This document shows, in pieces, positions 38,033-51,290 of a stretch of 64,000 bases of DNA. The notes under the pieces were generated by a model that was not told the origin of the DNA, searched no databases, and saw nothing but the letters and a program-made list of their open reading frames with translations. Positions within the stretch are counted from its first letter, which is position 1. Each line of letters starts with the position of its first letter. The DNA comes from Octopus sinensis (lineage: Eukaryota). A program made the translations under genes and the position numbers. The stretch lies in assembly GCF_006345805.1 (NCBI RefSeq), contig NC_043014.1, positions 46,438,001 through 46,502,000 on the forward strand, in the 5' to 3' direction.

Positions 38033-38145
38033 AATAATAATAATATAGCATAAACAGGATAAACTATCCATATTTTTCAGAAAAATCTGTCAGACCATTA
38101 ACAGATTTTTCTGCAAAATATGGGTAATTAATACTGTTTATGCTA

Positions 38146-38150
<5 letters not shown>
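38033..38150. repeat. Imperfect inverted repeat, ~55-bp arms
   Basis: ATATAGCATAAACAG..CCATATTTT..CAGAAAAATCTGT / ACAGATTTTTTCTG..AAAATATGG..CTGTTTATGCTATAT. Confidence 0.8.
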
Positions 38151-38181
<31 letters not shown>

Positions 38182-38397
38182 GGTGGTGAGCTGGCAGAAG
38201 TGTTAGCACACTGAACAAAATGCTTAGCCAGTATTTTGCCCATCACTATGTTCTAAGTTCAAATTCTGCTGAGGTCAACTTTACCTTTTATCCTTTTGGG
38301 GGTCGATAAATTAAGTACCAGTGAGACACTGGGGTCAACATAATCGACCAATCTCCTCCCCACAAAATTCAGGCTTTGTGCCTTTAGTAGAAAGGTT

Positions 38398-38412
38398 TAT
38401 TATTATTATTAC

Positions 38413-38447
<35 letters not shown>

Positions 38448-38461
38448 TATTATTATTATTA

Positions 38462-38493
<32 letters not shown>

Positions 38494-38584
38494 TATTATT
38501 ATTATTATTATTATTTATTATTATTATTTATTATTATTATTATTTATTATTATTTATTATTATTATTATTTTTTATTATTATTA

Positions 38585-38623
<39 letters not shown>

Positions 38624-38660
38624 TTTACTATCACCATTATTATTATTATTATTATTATTA
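38398..38660. repeat. Degenerate (TTA)n microsatellite
   Basis: Direct inspection. Confidence 0.9.
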
Positions 38661-39104
38661 GGAGGAGGAAAAGGAAATTTCTTTTCAGGAAATTGGAAAA
38701 CGTTTCCTAAAATATTGTCTTTTTCAAGTATTGTTGATAAGTAATGACTCGCATTATTGTGTTGATTAAGCGATGGTTCATAGTGTTATTGTATTGATTA
38801 GTAATGACTCATAGGGTTTATTGTGTTAAGTAATGACTCAGTGTTATTGTGTTAATAAGTGATGACTCGTGGTGGCATTGTGTTAATAAGTAATGACTCG
38901 TAGTGGTATTGCATTGGTAAGTGGTGAATCATAGTACAGAGTTACAGGTTTTGCATTCTAAGTTCAGGTTCTAGTATGGTCAGCTTTGACTTCCATCTCC
39001 CAAAAGTTGCTAAAGTAAGAACCTGCGAGGTACTTTAGTGAATTCAAGGTACTTGGGGTCTCGTAGTCAAGTAAGAAGTTAATGTTCAGCTCAAAAGGTA
39101 AAGC

Positions 39105-39974
39105 AAGAAGATGGTACATGTAGATATATGAAGATGGTACATGTAGTTATAAGAAGATGGTACATGTAGTTATAAGAAGATGGTACATGTAGATATAAGA
39201 AGATGGTACATGTAGATATAAGAAGATGGTACATGTAGATATAAGAAGATGGGTACATATATATATATATAAGAAGATGGTACATGTAGATATGAAATAG
39301 AACATGTAGATATAAGAAGATGGTACATGTAGATATATGAAGATGGTACATGTAGTTATAAGAAGATGGTACATGTAGTTATAAGAAGATGGTACATGTA
39401 GTTATAAGAAGATGGTACATGTAGATATAAGAAGATGGTACATGTAGATATAAGAAGGTGGTACATGTAGATATAAGAAGATGGTACATGTAGATATATG
39501 AAGATGGTACATGTAGTTATAAGAAGATGGTACATGTAGATATAAGAAGATGGTACATGTAGATATAAGAAGATGGTACATGTAGTTATAAGAAGATGGT
39601 ACATGTAGTTATAAGAAGATGGTACATGTAGATATAAGAAGATGGTACATGTAGTTATAAGAAGATGGTACATGTAAATATGAAATAGAACATGTAGATA
39701 TATGAAGATGGTACATGTAGATATAAGAAGATGGTACATGTAGATATAAGAAGATGGTACATGTAGATATAAGAAGATGGTACATGTAGATATAAGAAGA
39801 TGGTACATGTAGATATAAGAAGATGGTACATGTAGATATAAGAAGATGGTACATGTAGATATAAGAAGATGGTACATGTAGATATGAAATAGAACATGTA
39901 GATATAAGAAGATGGTACATGTAGATATATGAAGATGGTACATGTAGTTATAAGAAGATGGAACATGTAGATAT
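39105..39974. repeat. Minisatellite, 23-bp unit AAGAAGATGGTACATGTAGATAT, about 38 copies
   Basis: Direct inspection; explains the ORFs at 39091-39979. Confidence 0.96.
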
Positions 39975-40392
39975 AACAAAATGATTGGCTAAATGGAATA
40001 AGTGAAAAGGATGAAGTTATGTAGTTTTGAAAATATCAAAAGTTAACTTTATCATTTAATAATATATTCAACGAAGCAATAATCAGTTGTAGGATGTTTG
40101 AGCGGAAAGCAAGTGAAGTTTCAGTGATGATAGGGGCATCAGAAGGTGAGACCCCTAACTATTAATATTCTCTTTCTTGAGCAAAAAACACAGGGGGAAA
40201 ACCCCTAAATCTCTTGCACTTCCTTCTGTTTATTGGCATTTTGTTTGCGTCCCTCCGATCATTTTGTTATCTATTTCTACATGTGCAATACGATAAATCT
40301 ATTATTGTTGTTGTCATCAACATCATCATCATCATTATCATCATCAACGCATATATACACATATGTATGTATATATATATGTGTGTGTGTGT

Positions 40393-40441
<49 letters not shown>

Positions 40442-40516
40442 TAAAAACGGTAAGATAACAAAAAAAAAAAAAGAAAGAGACCTCAATATTATTTAAATAG
40501 AGGAAATTTATCTGTG

Positions 40517-40700
40517 AAATAATATATAACAATTATTCAATAGCCAAGATAAAACTCTGAGTTTCAGATGCCGAAGTGGAAATCCACAACACCATCTCTT
40601 CGGTTGTCTGGCCATCAAGAGATGGTGTTGTGGATTTCCACCTCGGCATCCGAAACTCAGAGTTATATCTTGGCTATTGAATAATTGTCACATATTATTT
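40517..40700. repeat. Long inverted repeat, ~84-bp arms with 16-bp spacer
   Basis: ...TTCAATAGCCAAGAT...CACCATCTCTT / AAGAGATGGTG...ATCTTGGCTATTGAA... Confidence 0.92.
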
Positions 40701-41743
40701 AACAGATATATATATGTATATATATATATATATGCACACACACACACAATGAAATTATTTACTGCATTATTATGTGGTCAGAAGTTACCAGGATGTTCAA
40801 GAAGAATAATGAAATAATTAAAACAAATTTGTGTTTTACTAAATGTTTGGCTAATGTTATTAACCGTTTATTAATATTCTTGGAAGAAAAAAAATAAAAT
40901 AAAAAGTGAATTGTGAATTTCTTTCACTAACTTCTCCATTCTCTTTTATAACTGGCGCCAAGCTTTCTGGAATTCCACCTAACCTGCATCCGAAAGATCA
41001 TTTAATTTCTTACTTAAACATTTTTTCAATATATTTATAATAGTAATAGTTAGTAGTGGTTAGTAGTAGTAGTATCAATTGTAGTGATTGAAAATGATGT
41101 GTAGCTGAAACCGGAAGGCTGAAAACTTGTGTGTGTTGAAAGTGTACAAATGCAATCCGTAGATATGATCTTTCTTTCATTATTAGGTTAGTGGTTGTCT
41201 ATTCTTTGTAACTGTAAGAAATAATGAAGCAACCGTGTATTTAATTATTACATACACTCAAATGTATTGTGGATTCATAGTAGAATTAATCTAATTTGCC
41301 AGTTCTATATTATTCACTAATATCACAAATAACTACTAGACTTCACTGAGTGCAGCCTATGTTACATAGATATTAATTAGTATACAATACATGGATATTA
41401 ATATACAAATTAATATACACTTCCCTAGTATGACAGTTAAATAGCTATTTAGAACCACCACAAATATCATGGACCCCTTGTTACCATATTTCTGTCAACA
41501 TATGCTGTCTGTTTGATTTAATTTTTAAAATATTGAAGAATTTAGTAAAATAACTTTCTCATTATTAAACTGGGGTCTGGAACAAATTAGCATAATATTT
41601 GGATGGGAGATATTATAATTTAGACTACTTCGAAACAGTAAGTTTGTGTCATAAAACCTGGGGGTGGGTGGGTTGCTGTCAAAATGGTCAAACCAAGACA
41701 AGCTGACCATATGAATACCAGTAAAAACACTACTTAAAGTTTT

Positions 41744-42390
41744 ATGGTATCTGCGTGGTCATGCTGCCAACAAAGCACGCAGAGTTCTGTTCTTGATTCG
41801 ACGGTCATTCGGAATGCTCACAGCAGCAAAATTCCTACCACTCTATGTCACGCTGGTGAGACCCATATTGGAGTACGGGATTCAAGCCTCTTCTCCTTAT
41901 CCCCTCAAAGACATACAGCATCTGAAAAGAGTCCAGAAGCTGGCTACCCGCTTGGTTCTTGGTCTCAAGAATTTGTCTTATGAAGAAAGGCTGAAGACGC
42001 TCGACCTTTATTCTCTAGAAAAACGCCGCCGCCATGGTGATCTCATTCTTGCTCACAACATCATAAGCGGAAAGTGTAACCTCGAAAGAGCTGTTCTTCA
42101 CTCCTGCTCCAGAGCATCGGCTGCGGGGTCACTCCGAAAAGCTCTATCTGCAACGATTTCATCTCAATCGAAGGAGAGGGGCTTTCTCTGTCCGGGTTAC
42201 GGATCCGTGGAATAAGCTGCTGGACGAGATAGTGAAGATGCCGACGACCGCTCGGTTCAAAGTCTCCCTTGACCACAAGTGGCCTGAACTCTTTGCATGA
42301 ACATCACCCTGTACATAACTCCATGTCCCCCTACATGGCCTTGCTTTTTGCTGTTTGAGCCAAAAAATTAACTAACTAACTAACTAACTA
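41744..42390 (+). mobile_element. 5'-truncated CR1-group LINE with (AACT)n tail
   Basis: LIRRSFG...LYVTLVRPILEYG...RVQKLATRLV.GLKNLSYEERLKTLDLYSLEKRRRHGDLI and FSVRVTDPWNKL motifs with frameshift; taactaactaact tail. Confidence 0.9.
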
Positions 42391-43197
42391 GTTTATCCTA
42401 AAAAGCAGTGGTCCTTAACCTGGATGGTAATGCTCCCTTGAGGCATTGTGAACTCATAAGGGAGTGATAAATATCAAAGTAGGGTGCTGGGCGTTTTGAG
42501 GGTCATGATTTTTCTTAGAAATATAATATATAAACTTGGTGCAATATTTATTTCTTAAGCACATTTTCAAAAAGTATTTCTTTTGTGATTAGAATATTAG
42601 TAGGACATTGTATTACCAGTGAGCAGAAGCATGATTGATGATATGATAAGGATCGATATAATTTCATTCTAAAAGTTCTGGCTTTCTTCAGTAATTTCCA
42701 TGAAAATTTAACATAGGGAGTGCTAGTCCCCAAAAATATCTAAAAAGAAACACTTGCTAGATGGGATAATATAAGATTAAGAGGTTTATAAACCAACTCT
42801 CAAAATTTATTTAAAAATCTATTCATTTTTTTTTTGCGAATGGTTTTTTTATACAGTGTCGTTTTTACAATCTTGTAAATAATAATAATGGTATTTTTGT
42901 ATAAGCTTATAGCAATCACCGTGCAATGACAAAGGAAAATAGTCTAATAATGGGATGGATAGGAGAGCCTCCTTTTTTTCTGTCAAGGGCTTATATGCCC
43001 CTTTATTAGACTATTTTCCTAGTCATTGCACAGTGATCGCCATAAGCTTTAAGCTTATATAAAAATACCAATATTATCATTTTCTTTTATTTAAAAAAAT
43101 TATTTTGCTTTTGCAAAACATGGAGAGAAAATGCTTTAAAAGACAATCTAGTGTATGAGGGCCCTGAGTTACTAATGTTTACAAACCATTGCCTTAA

Positions 43198-43419
43198 CCC
43201 TTTAGTGTTTGCATTATTCTGCCAAAACTATTGCTTTTTTTATCCACATTGCCTTGAACGAATCAGGCATTATCTTGTAGCTATGAGATTTCGATGAGGT
43301 AGCTGTTAATTTTTAAAACGATATTGTGGGGCTGGTGTGAGAGACCAGATCTGGCCAGTTTGAACATAAAACAAGCAGAATACTTTTGGCCGGATATGGC
43401 CGGTTTGAATGCTAAAGGG
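43198..43419 (+). mobile_element. piggyBac-like MITE family B (222 bp)
   Basis: TTAA|CCCTTTAG...CTAAAGGG|TTAA. Related copies at 3216-3404 and about 18912-19345. Confidence 0.85.
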
Positions 43420-44696
43420 TTAAGGTCATCCTGGAATGGTTGTCTAATCAACCTGTTAACTGAATTTTTTTTCTCTAATATGAAGAATTTCTAAAGCTAC
43501 TGAGGCATTTTTTCAAGTGTTATATACCATAAAAACATACTGTGTATCCTGTTTTTTTTGCATGCGTGTGCAGGGAGCTCAATGGTGTTTGCTTTTACAT
43601 CTAGGCCGGATTCACATGGAGTGTATCTTTAACAGATTTAGACCCACCCTTTCTCTTCCTGGAGAGGAATAGTGGATGATCTGATTGGTTTCAAATCTTG
43701 TTCAACTCTCATCACAGAATACATTAGTTATCCGCTGATGGAGAGAAATATTGCTAATAGCTATATATATATTATCATCATCGTTTAACGTCCGTTTTCC
43801 ATGCTAGCATGGGTTGGACAGTTTGACTGAGGCCTGGAGAGCCAGCTGTTGCACCAGGCTCCAATCTGATCTGGCAATGTTTCTACAGCTGAATGTCCTT
43901 TCTAATGCCAACCACTCCGAGAATGTATAGTGAGTGCTTTTCACGTGCCACCAGCACAGGAGCCAGTTGGGGGCACTGGTATCAGCCACATTTGGATGGT
44001 GTTCAGATGGAGATATATACACATATGCATAGTGAGTTTGTCCAACTTACTTTATGGATCTTCATAAATAGAGCTGAATAGTGCATAATAGTGCTGAACG
44101 TGGCCGAATCATAGCCGATGCCAGCGCTCCCTGACTGGCTTCCGTGCCGGTGGCATGTAAAATGCACCAATCCGATCGTGGCCGTTACCAGCCTCGCCTG
44201 GCACCTGTGCAGGTGGCACGTAAAAAGCACCCATTACACTCACGGAGTGGTTGGCGTTACGAAGGGCATCCAGCTGTAGAAACACTGCCAGATCAGACTG
44301 GAGCCTGATACAGCCTTCTGGCTTCCCAGATCCCCGGTCGAACCATCCAACTCATGCTAGCATGGAGAACAGACGTTAAATGATGATGATGATGATGATG
44401 ATGAGTGCTATATTGACAATTTATTCAAATTAATTCTGCACTTAATTTATTCTCTGCTATATCTAGTGTAATATGATGCAAAATAAAACTTTTCTTTCTT
44501 TCTTTTTTGCAATACAATATAAAATTATTCTAGCTTTAAAACATAAGTTTATGTATTTCCAAGCATTGTAAAGTTATTGCTAGAAACGATAAACTAAAAG
44601 ATTAATTACTAGATTGATAATAATTGTATCTGGGTTAATTTTAGGAAGTTAAGTTTTATTAGTTTTGAGGGTTCTCAGCTTTTCTGCATGAAAACA

Positions 44697-44746
<50 letters not shown>

Positions 44747-45031
44747 CAGGTTGTTGGTTAGAACAATAATTTTACAAACCTGGGAAATTAATGTATGAAA
44801 AAAAAAAATAACCTATTTTGTTTTTGCCTATTAATGAAAATTGTTGATGTTTATGGACATGTTTGCCTATTAATATATTTGTTTTTGTATTTCTTTTGCA
44901 TTTTTATTGTTGTTTGTCAGCTCCGTTAATTGAAACTACAAGACAGCATGATGTCTTACCCTCTTACCCTCTTACCTTTTGCTCCTCCAGAGAGAGAGAA
45001 AAAAAAGAAAATTTTTATTTTACTCTTGCAG

Positions 45032-45067
45032 ATCATAGAACGCAAATCCTTGCTGGCATTTCAAGTT
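45032..45067 (+). CDS. PIEZO: Probable Piezo 36-nt exon, phase 0-0: IIERKSLLAFQV
   Basis: atttttattttactcttgcAG acceptor and gtt|GTGAGT donor. Open in the required phase 0. Confidence 0.65.
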
Positions 45068-47069
45068 GTGAGTAATTAGCTGATTGGCTTCGTTATTAGT
45101 AAGATAACGAGGGTGCACCTGTGACAATGTTGTCCTAGCAAGATTACATTAGATTACAATATTGCCAAATCACAACACCTGTAGACTAACACAGTAATAT
45201 TTACCCGCACTCACAACTCCACAAGATCACAGCACCTCTTCCTTACAACACCGATCTCACTACACTACAGTTCAGTACTATTAAAACATCACACTGTCAT
45301 ACTGCTTCAAAACATACCACCAAAATGTCACCATACCACTTCACCGTGACATCTAAACTCTATAGTATTAAGTCATGTTGTGTCAGTAGTTCACAATGCT
45401 CTTTCGAACACTACAGCACTACACAGTTATCCCTATTCTCCCCCCCACTTGCAGCAACACCATTAGACTGAATGAAAATATGATTTTGCCCCTTCTAATG
45501 CCATGATATTTTAATTGTCACTGTATTTCAGTACTATTGCTGAAAAAGAAATTAAAAGGAGCAGGAAGAAAAAGATGATTCCCATGTGTTTGTTACAAAA
45601 TTTTTAATAAATTTAATAAGTATTAAGTTCCTTAATATTGTCTGATATCGAGTCAAATACCAATCATTGTTTCTTGATTGATTCATTGGTAACAGTCTTT
45701 GTATTGCTGCATAAATTTCACTTTTAATTTTACCAATTTTTGGAATTTGGCATTATCTTCATTTGTTCCTTTTGCGATCTCTCAGAATCCAGTGCATCAG
45801 TTTTTCCATTCATCTGCTGTCACCCTTCTTCCCAGTACCTCATTTACAAAGTTGTTATTGCAGACTAGCATTAGTAAACTCTGATTTATTAGACTGAGTC
45901 ACATAAAGCAGCTAATAAAGCACTCAACGTGTTTCACACATGGTTACACCAGACTGCTATTGTCTGGTTAACTTTCTTTTCCTCGCCATTAATGTGAATG
46001 TTGAGTCGGCTGTGTTAGGGTTGTTAGTCCACATTACTCTGTAAGGACCAGTTTCCTGGTTTCTCTGGCATATATAGTATATACCAGCTTCGAATATGAA
46101 GTGCAGTTGAAATAAATAAATTGCACTTCATATTCACTTCATATTCGAGGCTCTGATGAAGCTATCAGGTCTTGCTCTGGCACTCAACTGTGGGTCCACT
46201 ACATCTTATAGCAGAAACAGCATTAAGTTACTGAAGTTCATAAGAAAATTCATTTGTTCCTTTGTCATCTTATCTCCTTATTGTCTCTCTGTACTCGGCT
46301 AACACTTAGTTCTAAAGCATACGTATATCGAGTTCCATATCAGGTTTTCAGTCTGGCATATATAGTATACACCAGTCTGTCTCAAGATCACTCATCTTAA
46401 TCAGCTGAGAGTACTGGAGCAGTATGGAATGAAATGCTTTTGCTCAAGAGTACAATGCATTTCCTAGTCCAGGAATCGAAACCACAATCTTACAATCATG
46501 AATCCAACACACTAACCACTAAGCCATATATTGGAATCAGTGTTTGCTAATTAATGGTCTTGCTGTTGCTGGCTGTGTTGCTTTGATAAAGCAAACCTTT
46601 GTCTCGTAGACAGTCAATTAAAAGATTTAAATATGATCCACAAATAATAAACGTTTTTGTTTTGTTCTTTCGTAATTCAACTGGTGTTCTATCTTATCAT
46701 CTTTTCTGGTATATTATATTCACGAAACACTTCTACTGTATATTTCAACCGTTTTTAGGACATAGATTGGGATTCAAGTGAGATTTTGCTGCTATTTCTA
46801 TTAGGCTGGGTGACTGCACAGAGGTTCTCTTGACATCTTAGCTTGGTAATGTTATTCTTGGTGTAGATCAAGGATTCTCAACCATTTTCTATTTATGGAC
46901 TCCTTTGATTGCTATTTTATTCTGGTGGACATCACCCCCCCCCCACCTGCAAGCCATTCGATGCTTAAAAATGTAGTTTTATAGAAACTTCTTTCAAAAT
47001 TCATGTATCGTTTCTCAAACTTTAATTTGTGTAGGTCGAACCATGTAAAATGTTAGAGAAAGAAACCCA

Positions 47070-47366
47070 GCTATTTCCTGCAATACACATCAATACATGC
47101 ATCTAAGGCAACATTTTTTCAAGGGCTCTTAGAATACTATTGTGGATCTCTGATTTACTATTTTGTTGCGTGGACCCTCAGGGGCCATATGGACCCCGGT
47201 TGGGAACTTCTTGCAATACACTCCAATACATGCATCTAAGGCAACATTTTTTCAGGGGCTCTTAGAATATTATTGTGGATCTCTGATTTACTATTTTGTT
47301 GTGTGGACCCCAAAAAAAATTATGTGGACCCTCAGGGGCCATATAGACACTGGGTGAGAACCACTG
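47070..47366 (+). mobile_element. 3' part of an hAT-like MITE with an internal ~130-bp duplication
   Basis: Ends GGTGAGAACCACTG. The segment caatacatgcatctaaggcaac...gtggacc occurs twice. Confidence 0.5.
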
Positions 47367-47800
47367 GGGTAGATGATGATTTTGCTTCTACTGTTGTTTT
47401 TGTTGTTGTTTGTGACACAAAATTAATTAATCTAACACTTGCTGAGGGATCTTCGTAATTTTAAGGTCACACTTATATTGTTATTGTTGCTGCTGTTGTT
47501 GTTGTTGTTGTTGTTGTAGAGCCTGTCCCTCTCTAATGAAAACTAACCATCGCAAGACAATGACTAATAATAATAATAAAAAAAAAAAGAAATCACAAAA
47601 AAAATACCCCCAAAAACTAACAAAACAAATAAAATGCGAATGGCATGTCAGCATGTTTCAATTAAAGCTTCTTGTTCGGCTTCCCCTAAATACGATAACT
47701 TATTGTTTCCAACAATTTTTAATAATCCATCATTTTTCTCTCTCTTTCTCTCTCTCTCTTTGCCCCTCCCCTCAATCCTTTCACTGGATTTCTGTCTCAG

Positions 47801-48037
47801 GGTCTTGTGGAGACAGGTGAGAACATGCACTACAGTAGTTTGGACGCGTTACCGCCAAGTAACTCCTCCGTGCCAAAGGCACTCGATATCGAAGCCAGCG
47901 AAGAATCTGAAGACGACGTACGCGGCAGCAAGGTCAGCCATTCTCGGAGCGTCCTCAGCGAGAAGCGGTCGGTCATTGCCTCCGTGTTGATCTACATCAT
48001 GAACCAAAGCTATGTGTTGACTCTTATTGCCATGATG
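47801..48037 (+). CDS. PIEZO: Piezo 237-nt exon, phase 0-0: GLVETGENMHYSSLDALPP...SVIASVLIYIMNQSYVLTLIAMM
   Basis: ttctgtctcAG acceptor and atg|GTGAGT donor. The end QSYVLTLIAMM matches the conserved Piezo QSYxxALIAMM motif. Confidence 0.9.
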
Positions 48038-49107
48038 GTGAGTGGTTTTTTCATTTCTTTCTAACGGTGGTAGAAAATAATAATAGGTGCTGGCATGGCC
48101 ACTGTGTGGTTAAGAAGGCGGCGAGCTGGCAGAAACGTTAGCACACCGGGCGAAATGCTCAGTGGTATTTCGTTTGCTGCTACGTTCTGAGTTCAAATTC
48201 CGCCGAGGTCGACTTTGCCTTTCATCCTTTCGGGGTCGATAAATTAAGTACCAGTTACGCACTGGGGTCGATGTAATCGACTTAATACCTATGTCTGTCC
48301 TTGTTTGTCCCCTCTATGTTTAGCCCCTTGAGGGTAATAGAGAAATAGGTATTTCGTTTGCCGCTATGTTCTGAGTTCAAATTCCGCCGAGGTCAACTTT
48401 GCCTTTCATCCTTTCGGGGTCGATAAATTAAGTACCAGTTACGCACTGGGGTCGATGTAATCGACTTAATACCTATGTCTGTCCTTGTTTGTCCCCTCTA
48501 TGTTTAGCCCCTTGAGGGTAATAGAGAAATAGGTATTTCGTTTGCCGCTATGTTCTGAGTTCAAATTCCGCCGAGGTCGACTTTGCCTTTCATCCTTTCG
48601 GGGTCAATAAATTAAGTACCAGTTACGCACTGGGGTCAATCTAATCGACTTAATCCTTTTGTCTGTCTCCTCTATGTTTAGCCCCTTGTGAGCAATAAAG
48701 AAATAAGAAGCTTGCTTGCTAACCACATGGTTCTCGGTTCAGTCCCACTGCATGGTACTTTGGGCAAGTGCCTTCTGTTATCGCCCTGGGCTGACCAATG
48801 CCTCATGGGTGAATTTGGTTGATAGAAACTGTGTCAGAGACTCTGTGTGTGTGTTTTAATATATAATAAAATAGTTATTACAGAAATTGTGTGAAAATTT
48901 ATGTATCTCATTTATTTTTCCTCAGGTGTGTGTGTGTTTATATATTATAAGGTGTGGCTTTGTGGTAAGAAGCTTTCTTCCTATCTACATGGTTCCGGGT
49001 TCAGTCCCACTGCATGGCACCGTGAGCAAGTTGTCTTCTACTATAGCCTCAGGACGACCAATGCCTTGTGAGTGGATTTGGTAGACGGAAACTCAAAGAA
49101 GCCCAGC

Positions 49108-49146
<39 letters not shown>

Positions 49147-49359
49147 TATATATGTATGTTTGTGTGTCTGTGTTTCTTCTCCCACCATCGCTTGACAACT
49201 GATGTAGGTTTGTTTACGTCTCCATAACTTAACGGTTCAGCGAAAGAGACCGATAGAATAAGTACTGGGCTTACAAAGAATAAGTCCTGAGGTCGATGAG
49301 TTTGACTAAAGGCAGTGCTCCAGCATGGCTGCGGTTAAATGACTGAAACAAATAATAGA

Positions 49360-49397
<38 letters not shown>

Positions 49398-49730
49398 ATA
49401 TACACACATATGTTGAAGAACATGAAGTTATAAATAATAACATGTAAATATTGAGTTGAAAATGTTGAAGGCTGCCTTTAACATGTTATTATTTATAGCT
49501 TATGTCTGCTTCGAGATCAACTGTTCCAAAAAAAAAAAATTACTTCACTTTCTCTTGAATGTTTATAAATTCTTATGGCATGAACATTTATGTTCCCTGG
49601 TCTAGAAGCCCTAAAACACTCAAAATAATGTCTTTCTCCTCAGATTCATGTTTAATAAATTTGTATTTTGCTTCTTTTCTTCACTGTCAAAGCTATCTGT
49701 GAAAACTTACATTTTCTATTTTATTTGCAG

Positions 49731-49994
49731 GCTTGGAGTATTACTTTCCATAGCTGGTTGACCTTTGTGCTTTTGTTGGGAGCTTGCCTTATTTGGATGG
49801 TGCCCAAATCACGTCGTGCGTGTCTCGTAGTCTCCCCAGTGATTGTGATTTATGCAGAAGTTCTATTGACCATTCAGTTCATCTATGGACTTGACTTAAA
49901 CGACCAGGAATTACCAACCAATATCAAAGGTGTTAAAATGGCTGAAGTTGGTTTCATCAAACCTCACACTCCATGTGGCAACTTGGCTTTACAG
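49731..49994 (+). CDS. PIEZO: Piezo 264-nt exon, phase 0-0: AWSITFHSWLTFVLLLGACLIWM...LLTIQFIYGLDL...PCGNLALQ
   Basis: ttatttgcAG acceptor and cag|GTAACA donor. Near-identical to the Piezo hallmark WSITYHSWLTFVLLLWACLIW. Confidence 0.96.
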
Positions 49995-50225
49995 GTAACA
50001 ATACCAACCTTATTTCTCTTTTCAGTGGCTTTTGCAGTGTTGCTACTTTTCGAATTTAACTAAATTCTATATTTTTATGCAGCTGAAGATTGCTCCACAT
50101 TTTAAATTGATGTAATATTTGCATTGTTCAATTAAATGGAGTCGCATGAAACGATCGTACTGCATTACCTCTGGATATCCTTGTTGCTTATTTTGATTAC
50201 ATACACACACACACACACACATATA

Positions 50226-50259
<34 letters not shown>

Positions 50260-50807
50260 CATACATATATATGTATATATAATTTGATTAGTATGAATAT
50301 TCTGTGAGCTGTGTTGTATGTTGCAAATGAAAATATGTCTGAGAGATTAATTTTCCAGAGTGACTAAGAGTTACTGTTTATATCACATTAACAGCTCTAT
50401 GGCCACTTTTTCTTGTACTTATGTACTACTGCAGACATGTAAATGGCCACATGGTGGTTTCCTCACTGCAAAATTATTATTTTTAATTAGCTTTTTAATG
50501 CTCATGATGTTAAATATTGCAGCTGTGTAAATAATAGCATACTATTTTTGAATCACTTTATGTCAGAAGATAGAATTAATGATGATGATGATAGAATTAA
50601 CAGGAGAAGAAAAATGTAATGAGTCTGAATGTGATAGGATGTACATCAGTATTCTCATCTTAATATTCACTTTTTTTTATGCTGTTCTAATTAAAACCCT
50701 TAAAAAATTTTCTTGTGTTTTTCTCAGTTACAACATATGAATGAGAAAGGAAGGGGTTATGGGTGAATAAAGAAGGAAGGGGTAATGGCAAACTGGTCGT
50801 GGGAGTG

Positions 50808-51290
50808 TTTCAACTCTGTGTGAGTCTATGTGTGTGTATGTAAAAGGGAGGTGTGTGTGTGTGTGGTATGGAAGTGGGATGGTGAACATTCAACGCTGAA
50901 ATGAAAAATCAATCAAACAGCGTTTCAACTCTGTGTGAGTATATGTATGTGTATGTAAAAGGGAGGTGTGTGTGTGTGTGGTATGGAATTGGGATGGTGA
51001 ACATTCAACGCTGAAATGAAAAATCAAACAGCGTTTCAACTCTGTGTGAGTATATGTATGTGTATGTAAAAGGGAGGTGTGTGTGTGTGTGGTATGGAAG
51101 TGGGATAGTGAACATTCAATGCTGAAAAGAAAAATCAAACAGCGTTTCAACTCTATGTGAGCATATGTGTGTGTATGTAAAAGGGAGGTGTGTGTGTGCT
51201 ATGGAAGTGGAATGGTGAACATTCAATGCTGAAATGAAAAATCAAACAGCATTTCAACTCTGTGCGAGTATATGTGTATGTGTGTGCATG
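50808..51290. repeat. Tandem repeat, ~110-bp unit, about 4.5 copies
   Basis: TTTCAACTCTGTGTGAG...AAAAGGGAGGTGTG...GAACATTCAACGCTGAAATGAAAAATC recurs. Confidence 0.9.

Noticed and set aside
39091-39979. YMYHLLISTCTIF-repeat ORFs
   Set aside because: Products of the 23-bp minisatellite.
47801-47816. Donor-like CAG|GTGAGA inside the Piezo exon
   Set aside because: Use would give a 16-nt frame-shifting exon; the continuous reading to 48037 is needed for the conserved SYVLTLIAMM.
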